Assembly: GCA_951406725.2 (NCBI GenBank)
Contig: OX597830.1
Location: 57,970,001-58,034,000, forward strand
DNA from: Octopus vulgaris
Taxonomy: Eukaryota
Direction of reading: 5' to 3'
Length of the DNA: 64,000 bases
Below the pieces are notes generated by a model, which was not told where the DNA came from, ran no database searches, and saw only the letters and a program-made list of their open reading frames with translations. The translations under genes and the position numbers were made by a program. This document shows, piece after piece, positions 42,785 through 55,700 of the stretch (its first letter is position 1; the number at the start of each line of letters is the position of its first letter).

Positions 42785-43786
42785 TGATAATACACTTTGA
42801 AATAGAGCTCTTTTTTCGAAGACAGATTTTGTGAAATTTACTTCACCTTATTTTATCTATTTTTTTCTATCATCATCTTTTGTAATATTTGCATTTTCTA
42901 GAATGAACAAAATAAACAATTATTTCTTTACAAGTTTGTCATTTCTTTATGCTGTCAGATACATCATAAATTACTCTGTAAAATATCTTCATTTAAAAGT
43001 ATTTGGCAGCTAGCTTTATAAATACAAGTGCTAAATATTTCACTGATTCAGAGATACAACAATCTTACAAAAAAAAAAAAAAAAAAAAAGGACAAAGTTC
43101 CTTTTATACTTTGAAGGTTTAGAAAAATATTTTGTTCTGTAAACTTCTAGTTTAAATTTTGGGGTTGCAATCGTTTGGCAGTTACCTGATGTGTGATCAT
43201 TGAAGAGCCATTTTAGCTGTTTAAGAATACAAAAACCATTTATTTAAAATTATTTCTTAATCATATAATCTTTTAGATTATGGTATAGTCTTTGTAGTGG
43301 AATTGTCAGCAATAAGGTTACAGAAGTATAACAAACCCTGACACTTTGTAAGAGACTCTGCTATTTTAACAGAGAAATGGAAAATGAATTTAACTGATTT
43401 TTGTCAGTTCTTAAATGGCTAAAATGACTCTTCCATGGTATATTTGTTATATTTAAATATCTTGAATATTATTGAATAGTAGTTTTTTTCCCCCCCTTTA
43501 TTGACCCCCCCCCCCCGCAACTTTTTTCTTTTTTGGTGGGAGGGGGCATGATATCAGACCATTTTATTATTAGTGCTTTAATTTATAGACTGGTGACAAA
43601 AAGCAAATGTTGATCCAAGCAGGATCTAGGCATGAAATATTTAGTTCTTTGTGTTGGATCATTTTAAGATATTTAATTCAGTATTTTCATTCATCACTCC
43701 CACCTTGCAGCCTGTTGAACAAATAAAAAGATGAATAATTTGCTTCTCTTATTATTATATATTTCATAAAAACATTTCGGTCGTAA

Positions 43787-46700
43787 TCAAGATCTTTCCA
43801 AATATTTTTCTAGAAATTCCCATTCTAAATCTTGAGGTTGTGAGAAGGAAGCAGATATTGTTTGAATTTCAATTTTTCCTGAAGACAAACATAAAATCTG
43901 GGAAAAAAAAGAACAGGCCATGGTTAAATATATAAAGATACATTGGGTTCATTTAACAATAGAGAGGTTAAAAAAGGAAAAGGAGATTTAATGCAGCAAA
44001 ACGGAAACGAAGCAGTCAAAACAGACACAACATGACTTGCTAAAAACAGCAGGTAGGCACTGTCATGCCTTTGGATGTCAGAAGTGAAAGTAGAAAAATC
44101 TGACGTCAGACATCAACTTCGTGTATTTACGTCGTCATGTTTAAACTTTCGTTTATTTACGTACCACCACGCTAGGTTTATAAAAGCTTGAAGTTAATTT
44201 TTAAAATAAATGTGATACTTATTCTGTTTAAACTTTATAAATAAATATATTCTTGCATTATTCATTATTGTTTTTAAAAAAGAAATCACACCAAATCTGC
44301 ACAAATGAACCCCCCATGACCATCACCGTGATTACATACACCAATCAGAATGACCACTGACCACCACGTGCGTAATTCAAACTTTGAAATTTATTCAGTT
44401 AGAAACTTTCAGTGTGATTATCAACACGTGCGAAACAATTTTTAATATGGCTTTTGCATATCCAAGTTTAAGAGGAATTAGTCATCGCGATATTACCATG
44501 GCCACGGCTACAACAGCAGATAGCATTAATTGGCTTAAGAGACATGGCCTTTTGAATACCCAGAAAATATGTATATCGTGTGGAGGTAGCATGAGTGAAG
44601 TAGCGAAAAAAAGTATATCGGATGAAGTAATATGGTCGTGTGGAAGGCCTTGTAGAAAATCCATGTCAATTAGAAAAGGAACATTTTTAGAAAATAGTAA
44701 ATTGAAGTGTCAACAAATCATAGATATATTGTATTACTGGGCCAAAGAAGATTTAGCAAAAGGAATAGGACAGGAATGTCATTTAGCAAATGTAGCCGTG
44801 ACAGATTGGAGGAATTTTTGCCGCGATATATGTGCAGAATATTATGTTGCACAGAATATTAAGCTGGGAGGACCCAACAGAATCGTAGAGATAGACGAAA
44901 CCGCGTTTGTTAGGAGAAAATATAATGTTGGCCATCGGGTTAAAACGCAGTGGGTGTTTGGTGCTTTAGAAAGAGATACCAGAAGATGTATTTTAGTGGC
45001 AGTGGAAGATCGGACAGCGGACACTCTTTTACAAATTATACGAGAGCGTATATTGCCTGGTACAACCATAATTTCCGACCTTTGGCGTTCGTATAATACA
45101 CTCAGTCAGCTAGGATACAGACATTTGACGTGAATCATTCAATAAATTTTGTTGATCCGGTAACATTTGCCACAACCAACCACATAGAATGTTTATGGAA
45201 ACACATAAAGAATCGAAATAGAAGAGAATGTGGAACAGCCAGAAATTTACTTCAGACCCATCTCATCGAATTCATGTGGCGCTATGAATTTAAGGACGAT
45301 ATATTCGGAAAGTTGATAGAGCAAATTCGACAGCTATATCCATGTGTTTGAGATATACAGAGTATAAGTATCAAGACAGAATGAGTATTGCATTTATTTT
45401 TAAACTTAACTTCAAGTTTATATTTTGATAATCTCTCCGTTGAAAATAATATTTGAAAATAATTTGCGTTTATTAATTTGATATATTTGATTTTTACATT
45501 CTAAATAATTTGCGTTTATTAATTTGATATATTTACACGCGTTTTTGATTTTGCGTTTTTTAATTTGATAAATTATACGGAAAGAAACGAAGATGGACGA
45601 GAAAAAGTGTGACGTCAAAATGACGTCAGATTTTTCTTCTTTCACTTCTGACATCCAAAGGCATGACAGTGCCAGCAGATAAATTCCCTCAAAGTGCACC
45701 CTACCAAGATATGACCACTAAAACTGGAGTGCTTTTAATCATAGGCCTGATTGTTTCCACCCTGTTAAAAATGCAACCCATAACAGTAGCTACTGTTGTA
45801 CAAAAAAACCCCTAAACCTTTTTATCTTTTTTAAATAAAAGGTATTTCAGTGGTGAAAGTAAACTTCCTCAATAACTTTGTTAATGCAAAATTGTGAAAA
45901 CAATGCTCTAGTACTTCTACCTATTGACTCTGCCAGGTTACTTGTGGTCTTTGTTCCAGCTTTTTGAATTCTTAGTTCAAATCCTGTTGAGACCAACTTG
46001 ATCTTTCATCCTTCTGCGATGGTGGTGGTGTCAATAAAAGGAAGTACTGGGGTCTAGTATCTCTATTTCTCTCAGAATTGGCTGTGCTGCACTGTGAGAG
46101 GGATGTGGGGACTATAAATGGTATCTCTTTCCTCTAAGACAATCACTTCCACTTTTATAATGGGAAGAATACAGCCACCAAGGCTCTAATCAACAGCATG
46201 ACACACAATGATGAAATTAGAAACATTTCTGTCCAACCATCGTTGATATATTTTACAAAATATTTGCTATCCTACAAAAACAATACATGGATCTAATTCA
46301 ACCATGGTGACACTTTTTATTCATTTTTCTTTGAGGATTTGTTTGTTTATCAGGGGATTGGTGTTCATCTCAAGCTTTTAAGCAGGTGAACCAAATCTCT
46401 CCCTGGCCCAGCACAAGGGAGATTAAATAGAATGGTTTCAAATTTTGGCAGGAGGCCAGTGATTTTAGGAGAAAGGGTGAAAGCTGAATACATTAAGTAT
46501 AATCTTCGACTGATCCTTTATTTTATTGACCCTCAAAAGGAGAAAGACAAAGGTTGACCTTGGCAGAATTTGAACTCTGAACATAAAGGGTCAGAAGGAA
46601 AGCTGCCAAGCATTTTGTCCAACATGAGAATGATTGACAGCTGACCACTTTAAATATTTAGAATTCTGACACAAGGCCAGCAACGTGTGTGTGTGTGTGT

Positions 46701-49700
46701 GGGGGGTTGATTACAGTTTTCCCTTCCCCTGCTCAACTGGAACTTATTAACTTTGAAAGGATGAAAGGCAGAAGAACCTGAAGAGCCTGAAGAGATATTG
46801 CTAAGCATTTTGTCTGCTGCAGTAACAACTCTGCCAGCTTTCTATGGCCAGAAAATTAAATACTGCAGGTTAAACAAACCATTCGTCAATTTTACATCTG
46901 CTGCTCTTCCCAGGTTGTGAATTATCCCCTCAATGGTACATACTCGAAGTTAAGTGGACTGAATTGTTGTGAGTTAAATATTTTGTTTAAAATCTTATAA
47001 CAGGATGTGAACTCTAAATCTTACAGTTGCTCCAGTCTGAGCTTGTATTACTTTTTCTCGGTTCTTAATAGGTGCTTGAAATTAAAGTGTGCAACCTACA
47101 AAGCTTCTGTTTTGGTCTTTACGTAGTTAAATTTATGTTCATTCAGCTAACTAAAGGACCCATTAATGAATCCAATGCTTTTGATGCTTCTTATATTAAG
47201 GGGTTGGACAAAGAGAGAAATGGAGACACACCAGTGCTAATTATATTAGTAGATATTATCAATAAAAATGTGGAAACAGAGACAATATTTTGATTATGAA
47301 GTCAGTGAATTGCCAAAAGAGAAGAATTTATGTTGCAAGATATCAACTGATTTTTAATTTCTATTTTACTACTCGTTACATGTAAGTGGAGGTATGTGGG
47401 TTAATGGTTAGGGTGTTGGATTCATGGTTGTAAGATTGTGGGGTTTCGATTCTTGGATTGGGTAATATGGTGTGTTCTTGTTTCAGTCCACTCAAAGGTG
47501 AATATTGTGCTAAATAATCCAGGAAGCCGGTCCTGTGTGTCTGTCTGACTCAGGAAGGATCTTTACATGTAAGAAATTCAGGCATTTATAACATCAACAG
47601 CTAGGCTGGCCTCTGAATCTCTTTGACTATGAATTGGGATGGATTCAAAATAAGGAAGATCTGCAAGCTCTAGGTTGCAACAACATTACCCTGATAATTT
47701 TCTTGGAATCATTATCAGGAGGAAATAGCTTTGTGTAAGTCAGAAATGGCTATGAGCTTTAAAAAATGTATGTTGCAACCCCAAGGCTCCAGATTTGATT
47801 CCACAGTGTGGCACCTTGATTAAACATGTCCTTCACTTGACCAGTACTTTATGAGTAGAATTTGGTAGATTGGAACTGTAGAGAAGTCCATTGCGTATGT
47901 ATGTGTATAGCTTACAATGCAAGTGAGATGTGAAATAATGTACCATTGGTAAGAAAACCAGAAAGCCTGGAGTTCTTTGAAAAAAGTCTTTGCAGTATTG
48001 GTCTTGCATTGAGTTCCTGTCTACATAATGCTCTTATTCGAATATAATGAATCACTTAAAACAAGAAAAAATAAATTTCCTTACCATTCTTTCATTTGGT
48101 ATTGTATGACTTTTGTCATCTGAATGACAAAATATTTCCATCGCAGTGATTCTATAAAAGCGAATGAAAATATAAAACTAAAGATTAGAAACAAATTGTT
48201 TGAAAAAAATTGTTAAAATATCTTTCTTTTCTCACAAAATATTTCAATGTAGGATTTTATGGAAAAATAAAATTAGACTCTTAATATGTTTTAAGTTAAT
48301 ACATAAACCAACATAAAATACATGGGTGAAGCTAGGTTAAAGGAATAAAAAGATAGTGGGTGGACGGTCGTTAAAGAGTGTTCATTGCTAGAGCCACATC
48401 AAAAGGAGACATTTCTTTTCCCCCCTTTCCTTACAAACAAGATATTTCAGCTCTTTGGTATTAGGAAGTGTTCACTTCAATGTATATTCATAAAGTAAAT
48501 ATTATTAAAATATTCTGGTCAACTTGTATAAATTGCACATAGAACTAATCATTTTGAGGCTTTCTTAGAGACTGCACAAAGTGTCAATAACAACTTCCCA
48601 ATACCTCTGGTGAACTTCTCAAATGAATGGCTATTTTTGTTCCTCAGTTTTTTACCAATCGCACCAATATCATTTTACACCTATGCGAAAGATAAAACAA
48701 TTTCTTTATTCGTCTTCATTTCAATATAACTATATATCTTGTCTGCTACCAACATCAAGAAATACCTTTGGCAGCTGCTTCCACCAAAATAAGAACATTT
48801 ACTGTTCTGACAATCCAGTAATGTTAAAGAATATCAATTGTATAACAGCATTAGCACCAGTGAACACTACTGTATGGGACTTGTTTGGTCAGCCAGTCCT
48901 GAAATGCAGGATATCACAAGAATTGGGCTAACCTTGTTTACATTCTTTTTAGAGGAAGTGGGGAACTTCCTATTGGGAGGGAGAAAGCTGTAACTCTTCT
49001 ATCATTTGTTTCTGTTCTGTAACAGAATCATTACAAGACTGGGTTTTTGGTGTAGAAAACTTCCAACAAGATGACCCCGAGAAACAACTTTCAGTTCAAA
49101 AGATTCTTTTGACATCACATGCTAGAGCTATCAGTCTCTCCTGGAAGAAACTTATGCTTTACATTGCTAGAGCCACATCAAAAGGAGACATTTCTTTTCC
49201 CCCCTTTCCTTACAAACAAGATATTTCAGCTCTTTGGTATTAGGAAGGGCATTCAGCTGTAAAAGCCATGTCAAAACCGACAGTGAAGCCTGGTGCAGCT
49301 CTCAGGCTTGCCAGCTCCTGTCAAACCATCCAATCCATACCAGCATGGAAGATAGATGTTAAATGATGATGATCTCCTATCTGCCTTAACTTGTAGCCCA
49401 TGGTATTATCTGACTTCCTGAAAAGGTTTGAAAACAAGTTTTGATTCTAGAAAATTATTATTTTTAAATCTCACAATGAGAGATATTCAGCAATAGTACT
49501 TTGGAGTAAAGACTGTTTGCCAACATAACATGGCAGTCCTAGTTTAGGACGAATGTTGCTGTAATTTAGCCCCAGGAGACATTGTCTCCAGCTGGCTATA
49601 TGACGCTGAGCTGAGTGGGGGTGCTAGGTTCCCTTGTTTGAAAATATAAGGACCCAGATCATGTTGTATAGCCAGCTGGAGACAATGTCTCCTGGGGCTA

Positions 49701-52700
49701 AATTACAGCAACATTCATCCTAAATCAGGACTGCCATGTTATGTTGGCAAACAATCTTTACACCAAGTTTTGATTCTGTTTTCAAAATGAGATATATTTG
49801 CATACAAAAGATCATTACCTATTTTCAATGGTTCTCTTATGAACAGGTTTGTTATGCTGTTGCAGCAGGTCGAACACAAAGACAACACTGTGATCAGCTA
49901 TTGCGTAGAAAACACAAGGTCGTGTTTTAGACCATCTGACCTGTGTTATACTTGAGATTCCAGTCATGGACAATGGCCAGCTGTTGATAGCACATTCTAA
50001 TAAAACAATGAAAACATTGTCTAAAGGTAATGAAGATACAAGAGTAAAGTGTTTAAAATAAAGCAAATTATTACATTATAAGGTTAAGAACTTATGTCAT
50101 TATCTTTATCTTATATTGTGCCCAGTCATGAAAACAATGCCAAAAACTAGGAAGAGGGGACGAAGAACTTGTGCACTCTGCAAACCACAAAGTAGGAATT
50201 CTGCATACAAGCTGACACAAGGGAGAGTGAACCCTTTACTTTAACTATTTAGCATTTAAATTAGCTATTTCTGGCCCAAATATTTGACCCATTTTACGTT
50301 CAATCCTTCACACCTACCTGAAAATGTCATAAAAAATAATCACATTATCGAAACCTTGAAGCTATGAGATAATGCCTGATTAATTCAAAACAATGTGAAT
50401 AAGTAAACATTGTATTTAACAGAGTAATCTGAATGCGAAAGGGTTAAATAGCCTCCTTAGTGTTAGTGGCATGATAAAATGGCACAAAGTCTCTTGTTGC
50501 TGTGTGTTTTGTGAAGAAGAACTGTGACACCTGACCAAACCTGTTAGTATGGGACAACAAACATAAACTAATGATGATATATTTAAATCGATATTTATGT
50601 GCTGTCTAGTTTTAGATGCATTAAGATCATGGCTTCATTCGTACTTTGTGTGACTAATACACTTATTGATGCATAAAGAAAATTCATTTTTTGTGTCCTG
50701 CTATTAGTCTATTACTTGAAAAAATATTTTATCACATAAGTACTTACCACGGTTTGTATGATACAGGTGAATGTTGCCATCAGAATATCCAGTCTTGATT
50801 GTGTGTGGAAAAATATAGAAATCACATCTAAATATTCCAGTAAACATTCTTTGAAAGAGAGTTAACACAAAATAAAAAAATAAAAAAATTACCTGATGTT
50901 TTGTCCTGAAAATGACAGAAGATAACAAGAAATTTGAAAGAAAATTTTATTTAAATCTAGTGTGGCTGTCATCCAGTGAAATGTTGTTCAAACCAATTAT
51001 TGCAGTATCCTATATTCAAAGTTTGTTCTTTTTAATGCAATTCAACATTAAAGTACATTACTGCATATACTTTATATGCACTTTTGACAAGTTGTGGTGC
51101 ACCTGAGCACTGTATACAATAATTTCATTATTATTATTATTATTATCTGTTTCTCATTTTCTGCACTAATAATAGAGATGTCATTTCAAATGTATTTTAT
51201 GAAACAGAGGTCAGCAAAATTCAGTATCTCAACCAGGTTGTCAAACATTAGTCATATCAGAACTTAGTAGGATGATCTCTTAACCGCACAACAATTTCCT
51301 TGCATGTAAGAAAGAAAGAAAAAATTAAATTGTGGCTTGAAGCTGACAACTGCAACAAAAGCTGATGTGTTCAAACAACTTCGGCTTTGATGCTTCAGAA
51401 CATCTTCTTCTTCTATAGCCTATTATAGATCGAAAGCGTTGGCAATGCTTCAGCATGATGTTTAAAATATATAATACTATAATAATCTTATTGATTTTAT
51501 ATTTGACAACAATGTGTACACAACAAATATGTACATTATTTACATTTGATGGATATTTGTCCTCATCTTGTTTGTTGTTAACACAATGTTTCAGCTGATA
51601 TATCCTCCAGCCTTCATCAGGTGTCTTGGGGAAATTCCAAACCTGGGTTCTCATTCCTAAGGTATTTTTTGATATTATTATTATTATTATTATTCTGGTC
51701 ACTGCCTGGAATTGAACTTGGAATCTTGGGGTTAGTAGCCCGTGCTCTTAACCACTACGCCATATGCCCGTGAAGGCTGGAGGGTATATTAATCAAAACA
51801 TTAACAACAAACAAAATGAGGACAAATATCCATCAAACATAAGTGATGTACAAAATTCCTCATCTCTTAAATATAGAACTGGACAACAAATATGATTTGG
51901 CTGGGTGTACAAATCCAGAAATTTACATGAACCATTGAAGCAAATTGTGTAAGGTTTCAAATCATTGTCAGTCAGAGTAGGGTTTTTTTCCCTCCACCAA
52001 CATCAATTCAACTGTGACATGTCTAAATAGCAAATCAGATGCAACCACATCCTGACTGCGATAGTAAATCGTACATACAGATGCAGCAATGACGTGTAAT
52101 GTTGCATTTGGAGAAGACATCTCCACCGTTTCAGGTAGAATTTTTCAACCAATCTCAAATTTTGATTTTTACTCCACTCACAAATGCTTTAATTTTCTCT
52201 TGCCAGGCAGCGAACTGGAAGTGTTGTTAGAACTCAGAATGAAGTATTTAATCTTATACCTTGCATTTATTAATCCTGGAAGGATTGATAAATAAAATAA
52301 CAGTATAGGGCAGTGGACTAACAAAAGCAGAAAAGTGGAGTAGGAGATGCCTTGTGGTATTTATTCGGGTTCTTTTCACTCTGAGTTCAAATCACACTAT
52401 GATCTAGTTGGGTGGTCCACTTGATCCACCACCTGACACTCTGTCATAAGCGTCCAGACCAGGTCTTCAGTTTGAGGATGACTTTCTCACTTCTTGAAAA
52501 TCTAGTCAAAAGGGATGGGTGTTGCTTTCTCCTCTTCACTAAAAGATTTTTTAAAAAGTCTAAACACACAAATATTACCCACCAAGAAACAAGGCAGCTT
52601 GAATGGGGAAAAATCAATGGATAATACTTCAGAGAGCACATAGGAACCATTCACTGGAAAATAAAAGAGAAACATTTGGAAATATTTCCTCAAATACCAA

Positions 52701-55700
52701 ACTTTTTTAAATGAATTTAAAATATTCACACCAACATAATTTGGATGTGATAACAGTTAGTTAACTATCTCGTTAGTAGGATAAAAGAAACACTAATTTG
52801 AACATTGAGTTAACAGATACACAGGCAACATTATCTAATGTGTCTTTCCGATTTTAAGATAGTAGCAAATGATTGAAAAGAGATTTGGCTGTTATTTCTA
52901 GCAGGTCAAGTGACTTTGTAGGGGCTCCCACTCGGTCTCAATTTTGGTTTCTTTGTCACAAGAGGAAAATTAATTAAAATAATTAGATATGCAATACTTA
53001 CTTTTTTGGGGATAATGAACTCTAGGATAAGGTATGGATCCAAGTCGTACAGAATGAACAATGTGTCCCTGAATAAAATATGACACAGAGAAGAAGAAGA
53101 AGAAAAAGAAGAATTACTAGATTTAATTAGCTTGTTGATCAGGTTGTTGCAAATGAATGGAGGCAATGTAAAGTAGTGAAGATTGTTTTAGTCTTGCCGG
53201 GCACAATGCAACCCCACTAATGTTGTTGCCATGATAAAGATGCACCTAGTACACTAAGTGGCTGGGGAATGAGTGGAGACAATGCAGAGTTGAGAAGGCC
53301 TTCGAGTTAGGCTGGGGACATGATATCTTGACTATTGGGATCATGATAAAATGTACCCAGTAAACTTTGTAATGTAGTTGGTGTTAGGAAGGGCATCCAG
53401 CCACAGAAACCATAACAAAAGTGGTATGTACGAGTGAGACATGGTTCTCTATCATGCCTAGGAAGGCTGTAATTCTGAATAAGAATTCAGGCTGTGATGA
53501 CTTGTTCAGCCGGCTCCAGCATAGAAAGCAGCACAAAATGGAGATGATGAGATACGAGAAACAGGAAGGCAAGGGAAGAAAATGTTTGCCTTCTATCAGA
53601 CTGCAGAATATCTTTGAATCAGAGGTCCTTATATCTAAATCTAGATGGTAAGTACCAGCATGGCTGTGCAGTTCAGAAGTTTATTTCACAACCACGTAGA
53701 TTTGATCACACTGCCTGCTAGTTTTACTATAACCATGCAGTGACCAATGCTTTGTGGGTGAAATTTGGTGGACAGAAATTGTACGGAAGCCTGTTGTATG
53801 TGTGTGTATGTGTGTGTGTTTCTTTGTGTCTCTGAATTAATATCACTTGGTCAGTGGTGATGTTTGTATGCTCCATAAATGAAATGACTATTTGGTGGTT
53901 TGGCATGCAAAAACCATCAGAATAAAATATTTTACTTAAAAAAAATAAGAAAAGAAAACCACATTAGAAAAGGAATCTCAGACTCAATAAATCTCACTCC
54001 AAAAACATTGGATGCGATGATAATGATCTTGGAATTATACCAAGTCACTTAACAATCGATGGAACCATAAGTCCATTGATTACTATTGACTGGGGACGAG
54101 CGACAACAAATGCTAATCCTGTAATTAATAACTGCAATTAAATTAATTGCAAGAGTTAATTCATCGTCATCATCATCATCATCGTTGTTGTTGTTTGATT
54201 GTCCACGTCTTCATTTCTACCTGGGTCAGATGGAGTTGGGTCCAGAAAGACTTTCTACAGCTGCATGCCCCTCTTGTCTTTCCAAAAAAAATAGGGTGAA
54301 TCTTATGAGAGATTTAACTGCTAACTCTAGCGGTTATGGTTTACACAGATGTTGGAAGTCACTCCTCACTATGTTTATCTATCAAGGGCAGAATTTTGCA
54401 AAGAAGATTATTTATACTAAAATGGTAACAGCACAATAATCACTAAGTTAATGAAAGAGCTGCTCTTTTACAACATGAATAATTCTGTCTTACTGTATCA
54501 GTTGCAATATAAATCTGGTTTGGATTTTCAGGTAAGAGACACAGTTGATGGGTTTGGATTCCAGATACACAGAGCGGATCCCTGTAAAAAAAATATAATA
54601 AAAGAAAACCAGAGAGAGAGAAACAGTGGGTAATGGCATGCAGACATTTAACATTCTGCAACATGAAAGAAATTTGCTTTGCAATGGTTTTGCAACCCTT
54701 CTTACTGTGAGACACTTCAGGCAAGTATCTTCTGCTATAGCACCAGGCTGCCGATTGCTTTGCAAGTGAAATTTGGCAGACAGAAACTGTATAGAAGTGT
54801 ATGTGTGTGATCATTATTCAACGTCTGTTTTCCATGCTGGCATGGTTTGGATGGGACTTTTTGCAGCAGTGTTTTATGGCCGGATGCCTTTCCTGACACT
54901 AACCACTGCAACACAAAAGGATGTGGTGTATCTCTTCTATAAACTGGAAGATGACTTTCTTTTATCTTTTACTCGTTTCAGTCACTGGACTGTGGCCATG
55001 CTGGGGCACAACTCTGATGGCCTCTCTCAATCAAAGTTGACCTTGTATCTGTGCCAGTGTGTGCAAGAATTTTTTTCCTTGTGTGTGGAAGATTGGTAAT
55101 GGCCATCCATACAAGTCTCCGCCCTCCATGCCAACAACATTGTTGTTATGTTAAGGATGACACAGTTTGGCAGCAGTGTCATTGCAGACAATGGATTGGT
55201 ATTTGCTTCATCAACTCCAAAATGATAAAAAACAAAGTTGTTCTTGGCAGGATTTGAACTCAGAAAGCAGAGAATTGCAACAAATGTGGCAAAGCATTTT
55301 GACCAACACTTTACTGACTCTGCCAATTTACCTTCATATGTATTTATCTATATGAAGTTAATTTAATTTGATGTAGTAAGTATTAAATATTGAATCAGAA
55401 ATATTTATTCAAGACAACATTATCTCAATGACTAATATTACTTCAATCATTTTGGCAAATGTCACAGACATCTGAGTGTGTGTGTGTTAAATTTGTAAAT
55501 ATCTAATAAGATATCAGACTTCCAGTTGAAGTATCAATGGTTTTACATGCCACCAATGGACCAGTCCATTTACTAGTAAATAGTTTGTATTCAAGAGGTA
55601 GAGTTCACTGTTGAAAGTAGCCAAAAGTCGTGGAGTAATGAATAACTATTCAGCTAACTTATTGCGCTGAGTTCAGGTTTTGGAGAAAGTAACAGAAACT

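Noticed and set aside
45125-45135. Programmed frameshift in the Merlin transposase
   Set aside because: There is no slippery X XXY YYZ sequence. A 1-nt deletion or a sequencing error is simpler.
49095-49140. Exon-like segment on - (ERLIALACDVKRIF*) resembling the WDR60 C-terminus
   Set aside because: It is in the wrong phase for the upstream exon and hits a stop. Exon 48085-48151 fits both phase and sequence.
51696-51769. tRNA-like sequences as genuine tRNA genes (here and in the SINE heads)
   Set aside because: A and B boxes are present, but I could not build a complete cloverleaf or acceptor stem, and they are attached to repeat bodies.
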